DNA of 64,000 nucleotides from Utricularia gibba (GCA_002189035.1 NEEC01000004.1:5270001-5334000); one strand, 5' to 3'; counted from the first letter of the stretch, positions 45,889 to 59,201 are shown. Notes: generated by a model not told the origin, from the sequence alone. Translations and numbers: made by a program.

Positions 45889-48422
45889 TCTTGGAAACCT
45901 TTTCCCACCCAAAGAGATGATGTATCTGCTGCTCACCGGAGACCCATTTATGTCCTCCTCATAACTTTCAAGTATTTGCAATATAATTTATGTATGTGGA
46001 CTGCTGGGGACACTTCAAAATCCTATACAAATCTAACTCAAACATACCCATAAAAAAACAGTAGAAAGTCAAAGCAGGAAGACACTGCGCGAGTTCAGTT
46101 CAGCAAGAGAAAACGAATCACACTCAGTACGTTCTGATCCGATTTGCAAGCCCTACTACCCGTTTCCCCTTCTACGAACAATCCCGCCATTGAGCAGATA
46201 AGACTCCGCATAAAAACGCACTGATTCTGGGGAATGCTGAAGAACAATTAATCGATGTGTCGATGCTGTGAGAATCTGAATTGAAAGGAGGAAACCTGAC
46301 GTGCGGTCGATTGAATTTTCGGATTTGAATACTGATTATTTATTTATTTAATGTATTATATCGAGTTGTCAGTTGTGATTAAATGTAGGCAATAACTCTC
46401 CTCGTATGAATTCTCTATACTAACCCTGGACTCTTTTGTAGTTTTGCGTCGGCCCTGGGACCCACCGAGGCAAATTTGTAAAACGCTTGCTTGACGTACT
46501 ATTCGCATATCCAATCCCTCTATTGTCATCGCCAATTTGGACATAAAAAAAACGGAAAAAGCCACGTCATTCTCATGGAGTTAATCTGATGACAGGAGCT
46601 GTCAGCCTGAGAAAGTGTTCTTCTTCAGTACGTGATTTTGAACGAAAAGCGTCTAGATGCATTTTTTTTTCTTCTGGTTTCGTTTCGGAATCCGAAAGGC
46701 CGTCAGCAATTCTTCTGTTTGCAGGAAAAGAGAAGAAGCCATGCATCGGCATGCAAGGGCCAAAACCCCTTGACAAGGGAGGGGGGACCGGGAAGTCTAC
46801 TCGGATACGGTCCCAGAAATGACTGTTTCCTGTTTCCGTCGCTCTGGTTGGGTGCTGCTGATGACCTAATCAGGAGACGGTCACACCAGTGACAGGACAT
46901 GATCTCTCTGGGCTGAGGTCAGTCTTTGCGGCGGCCTACCTGGCATTCATTCATCCCTTCTTCACTCCCTACGGCAAAGCAAAGCAGGGGTATGTCGTGG
47001 TCGAGCTCCCTCCCCTTGGGAGTCTATATATACTGCCACATATTTAAATGTATGATATTATAGATTTTACGAGTATTCTTTAATATTAAATAAATAAAAA
47101 TATGAATCATATTAAAAAAAATTAAACTAAATCGAATAATATTAATACATAAATTCTTATATAGTTAATTATTTTAATTTTATTTCCAAATATGAGATTA
47201 CTTTTTAATACCCATCTTCAAGTGTACTTGATTCAAAAAAAAGATGTTGAAATTGGACGAACACATAAAATTCAAATATATCAAAAATATAAATCACATT
47301 TAAAAATATTAAATAATATCACTCACACGAGAAGGCAATAATGTCGTTTTGAAACACTAGCTTTAAATGAATCCAAGAAAAAAAATCAGTTTTTTTTCAA
47401 TGTTTTACAATTTATAATGAATATAATTAAAAAATAATGAATTAAATTGAAACTATTTGAGGAATTCTTAAAATGAAAATAATGTTATTAAAAAGAAATA
47501 ACAAATGTTCCTCGTAAGTAGGATAATGATATTTAAAACTATTATAAAAAATGTATTTTATAAGCTATTAATGAATAGAGTATAAAGGGATAGTTAATTT
47601 ATTGAAGGTTGTAAAAAATTATATAGAATACACATGTTTCAAATTTTAATAATTATATATTGGTAGATTTATTATTTTTTAAAAATTATTGATAAAATAA
47701 TAATGGTATTATTTTTTGGTGCCACGTGGCAGTTGAAATTTCAGTTAGAGCGAATTCTCCACCTTGACCCTCCTTCTTTTGTCGTTTTCCGTCGGTTGGA
47801 GGGGGCTAAATATGTAAAAGTAGTCTGTATTTTTTGTTTCGGAAAAGAAAACGCGAAAAATTTGATGGCCGTACATGAGCTTTTATTTCATGTTTAAAAA
47901 ATAGGTCATATTAAAAAATACAAGATAAATGTCTGACGTTGGAAGCCAGCTTGGATATCGTTGTCAAGTGTAACGCCATTGGTCTGAATGCTGTTTTTAC
48001 TGTTTGGACCGGGTCGGGTCAAATGACTAATTTCAAGTAGTAGACCGGGATGCAAGAGCTTGAAAACTTTGAGAGCTATTGTTCTGTCGTTATCTTTTGG
48101 CCTTCATTGGGTAGATGGGCTTGAGTAGCTGGGCTCAGTGTCAGATCCATTAGCGGGCTTACGCTTCATCTGGCTGGAACTCAATACAATTAAGCCCAAC
48201 TTTTGAAGAGAGTAGGTGTTCGTCTTCTTCCCGCTGAGACTCTCTTCGACCGCATCCTTACTTTCAGGTACAGAAGTAATAGGAGCTATCGAAGTGACTT
48301 CAATTTGATCATCAACTTCCAAAAAAAGGTAGTACGCTAATACTCTGGTCTTTCTTTTTACATGAACATTTTTGCTGAATTCACTTCAGGAGTAACGAGA
48401 TCCCTCGAGATGCTGCAGAGCT

Positions 48423-51400
48423 TCATGCATTGTTCGCCTCTGGAATGATATCACTGGTCTCGTCAGGACTCCATGGGCTGAATTGGGAGATCATGCATAT
48501 CTCTGGTTGCACTTCATCTGCTGCAAACCTCGGTCTCTTGGAAACGTTGTGGATTGAATCAAAAATGGAAACTGTGTTTACAGTTACCTGTGGAAGTAGA
48601 ATCCTGGGCGGGAGATGCTGTTTGGGATGTCTGAATCTGGTTTGCCTCTTCTAGGAGCCTCACTATCCTCTTGTTTCCGCTGCTTTGAGCCTCGTCCAGT
48701 GGAGTGTTTCCCCATCTGATGAACTCGAAGTGACCACTTCATTGCTTGTTTTTATCCTGTGAAAGATACTCAAGAGGTTGAAGCTAACCTGTCTCTGCAT
48801 GAAACACTGGCCCCAGCATCCACAAGCAGCTTGGCACTGAGTAACATCCCTTGCGAGGCCGCCACGTGAAGCGGGGTCCGATGATCGTAGTCCGCGGAGT
48901 TCGGATCCACGCCGTTGGATAGCAGCCTCCGGAGCAAATCCGAATCCCCCTCCGAGACTACTGCGCATAGGTAGCTACCGACGTTCCTGATCTTAAGCGC
49001 TGCCCCTTGTTTGCAGAGAAGAGAAGCAACTCTTTCGTGGCCGTTCTTGATGGCTTCAAGCAGCGGTGTGTTGCCAAAGTTATCTGTTCACGTTATTTGT
49101 AGCTTCACAGCTTAGAATGGGGAGCTCGAATTAGTCAAATATGCAACAGTTTCGACCTTCGGTGTTGACGTTTACGCCTTCTTCTATTAGAAACAGAGCG
49201 ATATCTTCATACCCCCGGGATGCAGCAATGTGCTGCTCAACAATAAGAGGAATGTCGATATGGATACAGTTAACTGAATCAGATCCCAGTCTCAAGGTAA
49301 TGTGTACCGTACAAGTGGTGATCGGCCGTCGTAGTCGGTCTTGGTCGGATCAGCACCGGATCTTATCAGAGTTTTAAGCTTGTAGATGTCGCCGTAGAAA
49401 GCTGTATTGATAACTCTGATAGCCAGTTCCGCCTCTTGCCTACCTATGTGGAATGCGATATCAGAGACCAGTTGCTTCACACAGTGATTCGATTTGTCCT
49501 GTTCCCGTCACAAACACATGATATAAGGGGCTTGAAATTTAGGATGAGAAAGAAGAAGAGCAGACCTCAAGCAAGTTGGTGAGGATTTTTTGGCTGTCGT
49601 GAAAGTATACTTGTAGAATGCTGGAGAACGATTGCTTGTCGATCCTGAGAAGTCGGCATAGCTCACAGACACGAATTTTGTACGGCTGAGGGATGTTGCA
49701 GAGGATGGAGATCTCTCCGAACGTGCTGTTTGGCTCTAAGAGGGAGAGCGTCTCCTCAGGCCCTTGTGGTCCGAAGCCAATCTCCTCCTGTACAGACAGC
49801 TTCAGAATGGTTTCTGGGGCAGTTTTTTTCGGAGAATGTAATGTAAAAAAAGAGCATCAGTAACCAAAACTCCTTGGCAAACTATGTAAAGCTGGTTCAC
49901 GACATTCCCCTGTTCCATGATCACTTCCCCGGGAAGAAAAAATTCCTCATGCACCAGTGTGACCTGAAGTTGCACCAAAAGAAGAAGTTGAAAGCGGAAT
50001 TCCATTTGCTGGTACTTGGAATAAGTGTTCCTAACTCACAACTTGATCGATGAATTCTGAGGTGCACCCCTTGAAGATGAGCACGTTTTCGACATAGGAT
50101 CTGTATAGAGTTTGAGATATCTGCAACACAGACCGTAGATCGACAATTTTACCACTCGGCAAAGGGAAGAAAAGGATTGATTGGACTCACTGCTGCCCTG
50201 ATCGAGACTGGAATATCTCGAAGAAGATCAGCACCCGTGTAGCTGTTTTCGAATTGGAGACGGAGGTGCCCCTTTATCTGATCACGGATGCGGCCTCCCA
50301 ACCTGTTCCGATTCATGAATCTGGTGAGCTCCGTCATCCTGTCCCGATACTTCACCGTCTTGGATCCTTTCACGATCAAAGCCGTCATGTTACCAATCAA
50401 ATACGCACCAACGATCATGGAGAACGACACGAAAACGATGACGAACACCATCTCCCTGGGATTAACAGCATGTATGTCACCGTATCCTGCACTCAGAGAC
50501 CATACATGATTTGTTTTACGTGCACTCCTGAACGTGATCAATTTTCACTACAGAAACTGACTCACCCACAGTAGTCATGGTGACGAAGGTGAAGTAAAGA
50601 GATGTTGTATACCGCTTCCACAGATCAATTTCCCAATAGTGAGAATAAGAGTAGGCACCCAGCGTCAGGCTTCCGATCCAGGTGTATCCTTCGTGATCTC
50701 GGGAGACGGTCGTCGCCAAGTAGTAGAAGATGCAGGCAGCGGTGTGAGTGCAGTAGAGCTCCACCACGAGGAGCTTCACTATTCTTGTGAACATATAGTT
50801 GATTCTAATGTCTCTCTCCAGCGTTTGGAAGACTTGAATCACCTTTCTGATCCGAGTCAGCCTCAGCCATAGAAGATACCTCACCGCCTCGTCTTCACCG
50901 AAATACTGCAATGGAAAGGAGCATGTAATAGTATCTGCGCAAGTTCATTACTGTAACAATGAACGTACCTTGTAGATGAGATCCCATGGAAAGAAACCAA
51001 GAAAGTCAAGAAGAAGGTACGACTTCAGATACCGGAGTGCGATTTTCTTGTGGCTGTACACCATTGTGTACGAGCGGCTGTCTCTGTAAGTCACAAAGAA
51101 CTGCAAGATGAAGTCCACGAAGAAGGTAGCTTGGGTGGCGTTGTCCATAACGAACAGATGCTGTGGGAGTCTTCTAAAGAATGCGAACTCGAATGGAGTG
51201 ATGAAGGATGAGTAAATAGCCATTAATACTATGAAATGCTCCCATGCCTTGTACCACCTGCAATTTTCTGTTTCTTTAAAGCTCCGGCTTCCGGAATCTA
51301 TGAAATCCAATAGGATTACCTGTTGTGGGGGTGAATGAACAACCCGCCTGAGAAATCTCTTAAGCTACTCATGCGGTGAATCCTCAGCTCGTTCTGCACC

Positions 51401-51507
51401 GTCTCCAGAATGTTTCCTCTCGTGGACTCCATCCGCTCCTCCACATCCTCCACCACGTACCGATCGGAGCTGCGTGTCTGGCTCTCGTCTTCCTTCATCG
51501 TTTTCAT
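48423..51507 (-). CDS. SKOR: Outward-rectifying Shaker K+ channel (SKOR/GORK type) with CNBD and ankyrin repeats; C-terminal KHA degenerate
   Basis: WYKAWEHFIVLMAIYSSFITPFEFAFFR, ELYCTHTAACIFYYLATT, pore TMTTVGYGDIHAVN, CNBD (EEFFLPGEVIMEQG) and ankyrins (DYDGRSPLHIAASRGY; DNFGNTPLLEA; DRWGNTPLDEA). Confidence 0.93.
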
Positions 51508-51754
51508 TTAACGATGGAGAACACGACAAACATCAGCCTGAATCTTGTTTCCTCTCTGTGAGTTCGCTGCCCCAGAATATGGCGATACTGGCCAGTCATC
51601 ATAGAGACCGCATTTTAATATTTTTTTCAGTCCATCAAGTTTTCCAAAATTGTATATTCACCCCCACCGCACTTGCAACTCTACAGCCGCGAGGGGTCTT
51701 ACTGAAAAGTTTTAATAAAATGGGGAGGAATTCATAATTTTCCCGACTCCCTTA

Positions 51755-51796
51755 GATTCCGAATCGGAATCAGAATCTAACCAAAGCAGAAGATTC
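51755..51796. promoter_or_regulatory. Cluster of GATTC/GAATC motifs (candidate GARP/NIGT1-type sites) upstream of SKOR
   Basis: GATTC 51755, GAATC 51761, GAATC 51767, GAATCT 51773 and GATTC 51792. Confidence 0.4.
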
Positions 51797-52327
51797 ATTC
51801 ACCTTCATTCAGACCCGTAGGCCACGTCAGCTCGTGTCCGTTCACAAAGGCATGCTTATCATGACAGGCGTTGACTTCTTTATACCATGTATTTTTTAAT
51901 TATTATTTTGATACTTTTTAATTACAAAATACTGTTACAAAAGTCTATGGTAGTTAGTTAGTGATGAGTTAGAAGCAAGTTGGGATCATTACAAAATCAT
52001 TTTACTTTATGCCATGGGTTGCCATCGCATGACGTCATCGCTACCTGCTCTTAGAGTATATTCATTTAGTACAAGGCATAGACAATAATAAAGATTTGTA
52101 GTATACACTAATCATGGTTTGTAAATAAATTGGTATTTTGTCGTTATTTTTGTCGTAATGTTATAGGAATTCTATTTAATTATCGACGACGATCAAACGT
52201 AAGTGAAAAATGGGATCGATACAAGAACATAGGAAATTTTGAGGAAATCACAATTTTGCTACTTGGATTAGGGTTTTTTTTTCCTTGTTTTGGTTCTATG
52301 GAGATACTATGTTGGGTGCATTTGAAG

Positions 52328-52409
52328 TGGGCTTCTTGTTTATTGAGATCCATTGGGATGGGGCCTACCGATGGACTATAGCCCAGAAGGAGCCGCCGTT
52401 GAAGGCCCA
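52328..52409. promoter_or_regulatory. Site II elements (plus a GCC box) upstream of the complex I 75-kDa gene
   Basis: TGGGCT 52328, AGCCCA 52380, GGCCCA 52404, AGCCGCC 52391. Site II motifs are typical of nuclear respiratory genes. Confidence 0.55.
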
Positions 52410-52519
52410 TATAATTACCGGCTCCGGCTAAATTTTTCTTCCGCGAGAGCTTGTGAAGAGCACGGGTACACGAATCGGAGTTTGTACCTCAAGAATCTTG
52501 ATCCTGGGAGAGTGCGGAA

Positions 52520-55500
52520 ATGGTGCTGGGGCGACTCGTTTCTCGGAGCCTCGTTCGATCGGCGCGCTTCGCCGCGTCTAACCCGTCAAGGGTCTTCCGT
52601 CGTGCCATTGGCTCTACGCCGGACCTTCATAACGCCGGGGGTGCTGCTGCAGCCGAGGTGCAGCCGGAGCCAGATCTACCAAAGAGGGCTCCATTGGGAG
52701 GTGCCAGGGTCCACGTCCCCAACCCGGATGATGTAATTGAGGTTTTTGTTGATGGGTACCCTGTGACGATTCCGAAGGGGATGACGGTGCTTCAGGCCTG
52801 TGAGGTCGCCGGAGTTGACATACCCAGGTTTTGCTATCACAGCCGCCTTTCAATTGCGGGAAATTGCCGTATGTGCCTTGTTGAGGTTGAGAAATCGCCT
52901 AAGCCAGTTGCTTCTTGCGCCATGCCAGCTCTTCCTGGTAGGTGAACTGAGTAGGGTTCGCTGTTACCTTTTTCTGAAGGAGGGATTACATTCGTTCTTT
53001 TTCTTATGAACTCTTCAAGATATGGATAATCCGTAGATGAACCATCTCACTATTTGATGTAAGTGCAGAAGGCGAAATGGGAGGGTTTCATTTTTACATT
53101 TTAGTGAAGGGAATTATATTTCTTTAGTTTTTTTTAACTCCTCCCGGTGTGGGAGAACTTTTTGTGTAACCCGTAGCTGGATATCACGAGGTCTTTGGGA
53201 TAAGTATTGTTTTTGATAGTGTGCTTTTTTTTTTATTTATCATTTTGGATGCATTTGTTTTCGTTTGATGTTAATATCTGAAGGATGACAATAGGAATGA
53301 AAATCAAGACTGATACTCCTGTTGCCAAGAAGGCAAGAGAAGGCGTCATGGAATTTTTGTTGATGAATCATCCATTGGATTGCCCTATTTGTGATCAAGG
53401 TGGAGAGTGTGATCTCCAGGATCAGTCAATGGCTTTTGGTTCTGATCGGGGTCGTTTCACGGAGATGAAGAGATCAGTTGTGGACAAGAACCTTGGTCCC
53501 TTGGTGAAGACAGTAATGACTCGTTGTATTCAGTGTACAAGGTACTTCCTTTTCGTTTGAAATGTTTCCTATGTGAAGCTAGTATGATATTCCTGAAGCT
53601 GCTCGCTTTTTTATGACTAAAATGAAGGGTCTATGCAAGACTTTTCTTGCATTTTCCATTGTGGATTTTCCCAGGTTCGTGCATTTCAGTATAATGGAAT
53701 ATTTCACTACAGCTGTTCTAAATGAGAAAAAAGACAGATTGGTTACTGCAGACCCATCATTTTAATCTATTCTAAAGATATAATTATCAGCAAGTAATAC
53801 CTGACGAGCGAGTTGTTTGTGCATCTTTACTCTTTGATTGGATGAGCTCATGATACTCACTGTGAGCTGTATTTTGATATGAGAGTTTTTCCCATTAGGT
53901 GTGTGAGGTTTGCAACAGAAGTAGCTGGTGTTCAGGATCTCGGTATGCTTGGCCGTGGTAGTGGAGAAGAGATTGGAACATATGTTGAGAAACTTATGAC
54001 CAGTGAATTGTCTGGGAATGTGATTGATATTTGCCCTGTGGGTGCACTTACATCAAAACCCTTTGCCTTCAAGGCTCGTAATTGGGAGTTAAAGGGAACA
54101 GAAACCATTGATGTCACAGATGCTGTTGGATCGAATATTAGAATTGATAGTCGGGGTCCTGAGGTCATGCGGGTTGTGCCTCGCTTGAACGAGGTAATTT
54201 TACCAGCCTTATTTTTGATATTGTGATTTTGAACTTGCACAGCGGTTCCCCTTGTTTAGATATTTATGAATTTTTTTCAGGACATCAATGAGGAGTGGAT
54301 TTCAGACAAGACACGCTTCTTCTACGATGGTTTGAAGAGGCAAAGGTTGAACGATCCCATGGTTCGAGGACCTGATGGACGCTTCAAGACAGTAAGCTGG
54401 CATGATGCACTTGCAAGTATCGCTGATGTCTTACTCAAGGTTAGACCACAGGAGATAGTTGGGGTCGCAGGCAAGTTATCAGATGCAGAATCTATGATCG
54501 CACTTAAGGATTTCTTAAACAAGTTGGGGTCGAATAACATTTGGTGTGAGGGCAATGGCTCAAATCCAAATGCTGATCTTCGTTCTGGATACATCATGAA
54601 CACTAGCATCAGTGGGTTGGAGAAGGCAGATGCCTTTCTTTTAGTTGGCACACAGGTGACCTCTTTCACCTTGGTTCAACACTTTCCACATGAAAGGGAT
54701 GTCCTTAGCAATACTGAATCTTTCAAATTCTTACTGTTTTTCTCAACTTTTCAGCCCAGGACAGAAGCAGCTATAGTGAACGCCAGAATTAGGAAAACAG
54801 TCCGAGCCTCAGGTGCCAAGGTTGGTTATGTGGGTCCTTCATCCGATTTTAACTATGACGCTGTGCACCTGGGTACAGACCCAAAAACACTGACAGAACT
54901 TGCTGAGGGGCGCCATCCATTCTCCTCTGTTTTAGCAAGTGCCAAGAACCCTGCCATAATAGTGGGCTCAGGGATATTTGCGCGGAAGGATAAAGATGCA
55001 ATTTTCTCAGTTGTCGAGAAAATTGCTACGAAAGCAAATGCCATCAGACCTGATTGGAATGGACTCAACGTACTCCTATTGAATGCTGCTCAGGCTGCTG
55101 CACTTGATCTCGGACTTGTCCCAGAATCCGAAAAGGCAATCGAATCTGCCAAGTTCGTTTATCTTGTGGGTGCTGATGACCAGGACTTGGATAAAATCCC
55201 AGGTGATGCTTTTGTGGTTTACCAGGGCCATCATGGCGACCGAGGTGTGTATCGAGCCAATGTAATCCTACCAGCGTCAGCATTCTCCGAGAAGGAAGGC
55301 ACATACGCCAATACTGAAGGGTGTGCTCAGATAACTGTGCCCGCTGTCCCCACTGTAGGTGACGCTCGAGATGACTGGAAGATCATTAGAGCATTGTCTG
55401 AAGTTGCCGGCGTTAAGCTCCCTTATGACACTCTGGGTTCAATCAGATCCCGGATCAGCACGGTGGCTCCCAATCTTTTGCAGCTCGAGGAAAGGGAGCC

Positions 55501-55660
55501 AGCCGCATTTTCAACATCTTCACTGAGACCTGATGTCAAGGAGAAGCTCGAGGAGACCCCCTTTGAACCAGCTATTCAGAACTTCTACATGACGGATGCC
55601 ATTACCAGGGCCTCCAAGATCATGGCGCAGTGCAGCGTATTGTTATCAAAGAAGGAATAA
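52520..55660 (+). CDS. NDUFS1: NADH dehydrogenase (ubiquinone) Fe-S protein 1, mitochondrial complex I 75-kDa subunit
   Basis: [53 protein letters not shown] and [16 protein letters not shown]; five exons with intact GT-AG borders. Confidence 0.97.
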
Positions 55661-56074
55661 GCTGATTGATCCCCTCACCTGGATTATTAAGACACTCGTT
55701 TCACTGTACTCACCGGCGTTTCCTCAGTCCTAAGGAACACTCAAACTGCCCCCTGCTGTTGCAGTGAGCGCCATTGTATTCATTCCCATAAATGGCAGAT
55801 AACTTTCATCTGTGGGACGTGTTCAGTGCATCTTCTTCTATTTTTTCTGTATACGCTTTTCCCTCGTAGAGCAAATGGCAACTGGACACGCCTCTCTGTA
55901 CCTGTATCCATCTCCCCGTGTCGACCATCGTAGACGCATCGTAGACGCGGGAGTAGCTGTCTACTCCTTGTATATTAACAAATTACAACATGTCCCCCAC
56001 AATTCTATATAATTATTTTAATAGCCAATAGACCGATCATTATGCACGTAGGTAGAAGGTGTAACAAAGGGTAA

Positions 56075-56355
56075 GAGCATCTTTACCTGTTTCCGGAAAT
56101 GCTGATGTGGCATTTTCGGAAATGGGAAAATGTTTTTTGAAACCACTATAATTGTTTTTCATTTCTCACGAAAACATAAATAAGTAAAGTTGATTTCCTT
56201 TCCAAAACAGTTTAAAATATAATTTATACTATTTATTTTAATATTATGATTTCCGAAAATTGATACAAACGTAAATAAAACTTAGTAAAGGAAACCCAAT
56301 AACTTAATTTTCGGAAGTGCCACATCAGCATTTTCGGATATTGATAAAGATGGTG
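56075..56355. mobile_element. Tourist-like (PIF/Harbinger) MITE, about 281 bp
   Basis: TAA at 56072-74 and 56356-58 (TSD). Left end GAGCATCTTTA...TTTCCGGAAATGCTGATGTGGCA; right end TGCCACATCAGCATTTTCGGA...TAAAGATGGTG (imperfect TIR of about 35 bp); AT-rich non-coding core. Confidence 0.8.
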
Positions 56356-57286
56356 TAATGCATGGAATTGAATAAAAAAATATCATGTATTTTGTGATTT
56401 GTTATATACTTTTTTATTCCGAAAAGGATGGAAATAAACGGATGATGTGGGAGTGGGGCCCGCGGTGAAATCCCATAAATGGTAATTCCATTGTCGTGGT
56501 CATTTGGGGGGATTAGGGCTGTAAATGCAGCTGGTGCACGTGTCATCACTCACCCAGATTCCAAATCAAATCTCCGTCACGGAACCCGACCCGACCCATT
56601 CTGTCGGTACGATCCACGCCCATTTTCAATTCTCCCCATCCACTTGTATCCCGCCGACAACTCCTTGCTTGCTTAATCGGGTCGGTTACTGAAGGGATGC
56701 CACATGGATGGGAAGCAGCAAATCAGGTGAAATAAGAGAAAATTAGAAAAGTAAATCTTTTTTTTAAAAAAAATATATATTATTTTTATATGAATACAAA
56801 AAATGGAAAATGATTAATTTTTAAATGATTTTTTGAATATCAATTTTTTTTTATCTTAATATTTAAAGATAAAAATATTAGATTGTCACTTTTCTGAAGG
56901 CTTATTAGAAAAGGACATATATTGCCTAAAAAGAAAAAAGAAAAAAGAAATGTTTTTAGGGCATACATTATTGGATTTGGGGTATTTTAAAAATTCAGAA
57001 TTATTGCACACATGGCGTGGTGTATAATTAGGGTTCTAAATTTAACTTGATTGTTGTACGATTTGGGTTAATCCTTCATCGGTTTCGATTTTGCACCGAC
57101 AATGTATTTGTTTTTTTATTTTTTAATAAAAGGTTTTATTTTCCTTTTTTTTTGTGTTTGTACTTCTTAAAGAAAAAGTAAAAAAAAAAAAATTGCGAAT
57201 GCGGGAGGTTGGCTGGACGGTGTCACCGGCGGCGCCATCTTCACTATAAATGACATCCCAGTTTCTGGATTCTGTACTCTATCGCC

Positions 57287-58534
57287 ATGGATTCTTCCCT
57301 GGTATGGCTAATGCTCTGTCTCCTTTTCGCCTTCGTGCCCCTCACTTTGCAGCAAAAATTTCCTATAACCAGAGCTGCGGTCTCCAATCCCCGCGCGGTG
57401 TCTAAGAATGCGGCGGGGGGGTTTGATTACACCTACCACGCCTCGTTCAAGTATTCCATGGCTTTCGTCGTTTCTCTGCCGATCGGTACGCCGCCGCAGA
57501 CACAGAAGATGGTGCTGGATACCGGGAGTCAGCTGTCATGGACACAGTGCCACCGGAGTTCGCCGCCGCCCACGACGGCGTTTGATCCTTCCCTGTCGTC
57601 TACGTTCTCAGAGCTCCCCTGCAATCACCCAATTTGCAAACCGCAGATTCCTGATTTCACGATCCCGACGACGTGCGACCAAAACCGTTTGTGCCACTAT
57701 TCTTACTTCTACGCCGACGGGACTCTGGCGGAGGGGAATCTTGTGAGAGAAAAAATCACTTTCTCCCCTTCCCGAATCACCCCTCCCTTGATCCTCGGAT
57801 GCGCTACGAATTCTGGGGACGCCGAGGGGATTCTGGGAATGAATCTTGGGCGGCTGTCGTTTGTTTCTCAGGTGAAGGTTCCGAAATTTTCGTACTGCGT
57901 CCCCTCGAAAAATGCTCAGGACAACACGAGTAATCCCACCGGAACGTTTTTCCTCGGCCCGAATCCGAATTCAAGAAATTTCCGATACATCAGTCTGTTG
58001 AACTTCCCAGACAGTCTACGTAAACCGAATTTCGACCCGCTGGCGTACACAATTGGGCTCGTCGGAATCAGAATCGGTGGTAAAATGCTGAATATTTCGA
58101 CGGCAGCGTTCCGTCCCGACGCCGGTGGGTCTGGGCAGACGATGATCGATTCCGGCACGCAGTACACTTTTTTGGTGGACACGGCCTACTCTAAAGTCCG
58201 GGAGGAAGTGACGAGGCTCGCCGGCGCGAAGTTGAAGAAAGGGTACGTTTTCGGCGGGGCACTGGATATGTGCTTCGACGGCAATGCAGCGGAGGTGGGG
58301 CAACTAATCGGGCAAATCGCATTCGAATTCGAAGGCGGAGTGGAGATCGTCATCGACAAAGAGAGGAACCTCGACGACGTCGGCGGCGGCGTTCATTGTG
58401 TCGGAATCGGACGATCAGAGTATCTCGGCATGTCAAGCAACATCATCGGAAACTTCCACCAGCAAAATCTGTGGGTGGAATTCGATTTGGCCGCTAGAAG
58501 GGTAGGATTTGGGCATGGAAATTGTAACAGTTGA
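57287..58534 (+). CDS. A1-family atypical aspartic protease, PCS1-like (At5g37540/At1g66180-like), secreted
   Basis: Signal peptide; catalytic LDTGS and IDSGT motifs; YFYADGTLAEGNL, GILGMNLG, IIGNFHQQNLWVEFD; intronless. Confidence 0.95.
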   Translation: MDSSLVWLMLCLLFAFVPLTLQQKFPITRAAVSNPRAVSKNAAGGFDYTYHASFKYSMAFVVSLPIGTPPQTQKMVLDTGSQLSWTQCHRSSPPPTTAFDPSLSSTFSELPCNHPICKPQIPDFTIPTTCDQNRLCHYSYFYADGTLAEGNLVREKITFSPSRITPPLILGCATNSGDAEGILGMNLGRLSFVSQVKVPKFSYCVPSKNAQDNTSNPTGTFFLGPNPNSRNFRYISLLNFPDSLRKPNFDPLAYTIGLVGIRIGGKMLNISTAAFRPDAGGSGQTMIDSGTQYTFLVDTAYSKVREEVTRLAGAKLKKGYVFGGALDMCFDGNAAEVGQLIGQIAFEFEGGVEIVIDKERNLDDVGGGVHCVGIGRSEYLGMSSNIIGNFHQQNLWVEFDLAARRVGFGHGNCNS

Positions 58535-59201
58535 GAAAACAATCAATCGACGGGAAGTCAGGCCGGGGAGAACCCTGAGCACGTCGGCGGCGCCGCCTAT
58601 GTACAAATGTGTGGGACCCATAGAAGCGGGCACTGTATAGTCAACATAACCCCTTTTACCTTCCATTTGACTACCCATAGACTCACCGTTGACGTAAATA
58701 TTCACTTTACATACCCAAATACCCATCCATACATATTAAATAAATACTATAATTTATATTGATATTATTAAGATGTTTACATCTAATGATTTAAAAAATT
58801 AAAAAAATGGTTTTCAAATAAATTATTTATAAATAAAAATGAATTTTAAAATCATGAATTTTAAAATGACAAATGGAATTTCTTTTAATAACGTATCTTT
58901 TTTTTGCAATAATAAAAGGGATATCGATGTTTCATGATCCAATCACATTCGTCCACATAATTAATGGATTCGGTCATTTTCTTTCACTAACACGTACTCC
59001 GTGATGCCCAACTATTGTACTAAAGGGATGCATGATGGATGCATCTCAATAATTTTTATAGCTTTCTCCTTAAGAAAAAGAGATTTTTTTTTTCAAAATT
59101 AATGTATTTTTCATTAAAATAAAATTATTGATAATAAATAGGTTTTATGTCGATTTTTATTTAATTTTTTTTTTTTGTAAACAAATTGTAAATTTTGGTT
59201 C

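Noticed and set aside
55926-55947. Tandem 11-bp duplication CATCGTAGACG
   Set aside because: Slippage-type micro-duplication in a 3' flank.
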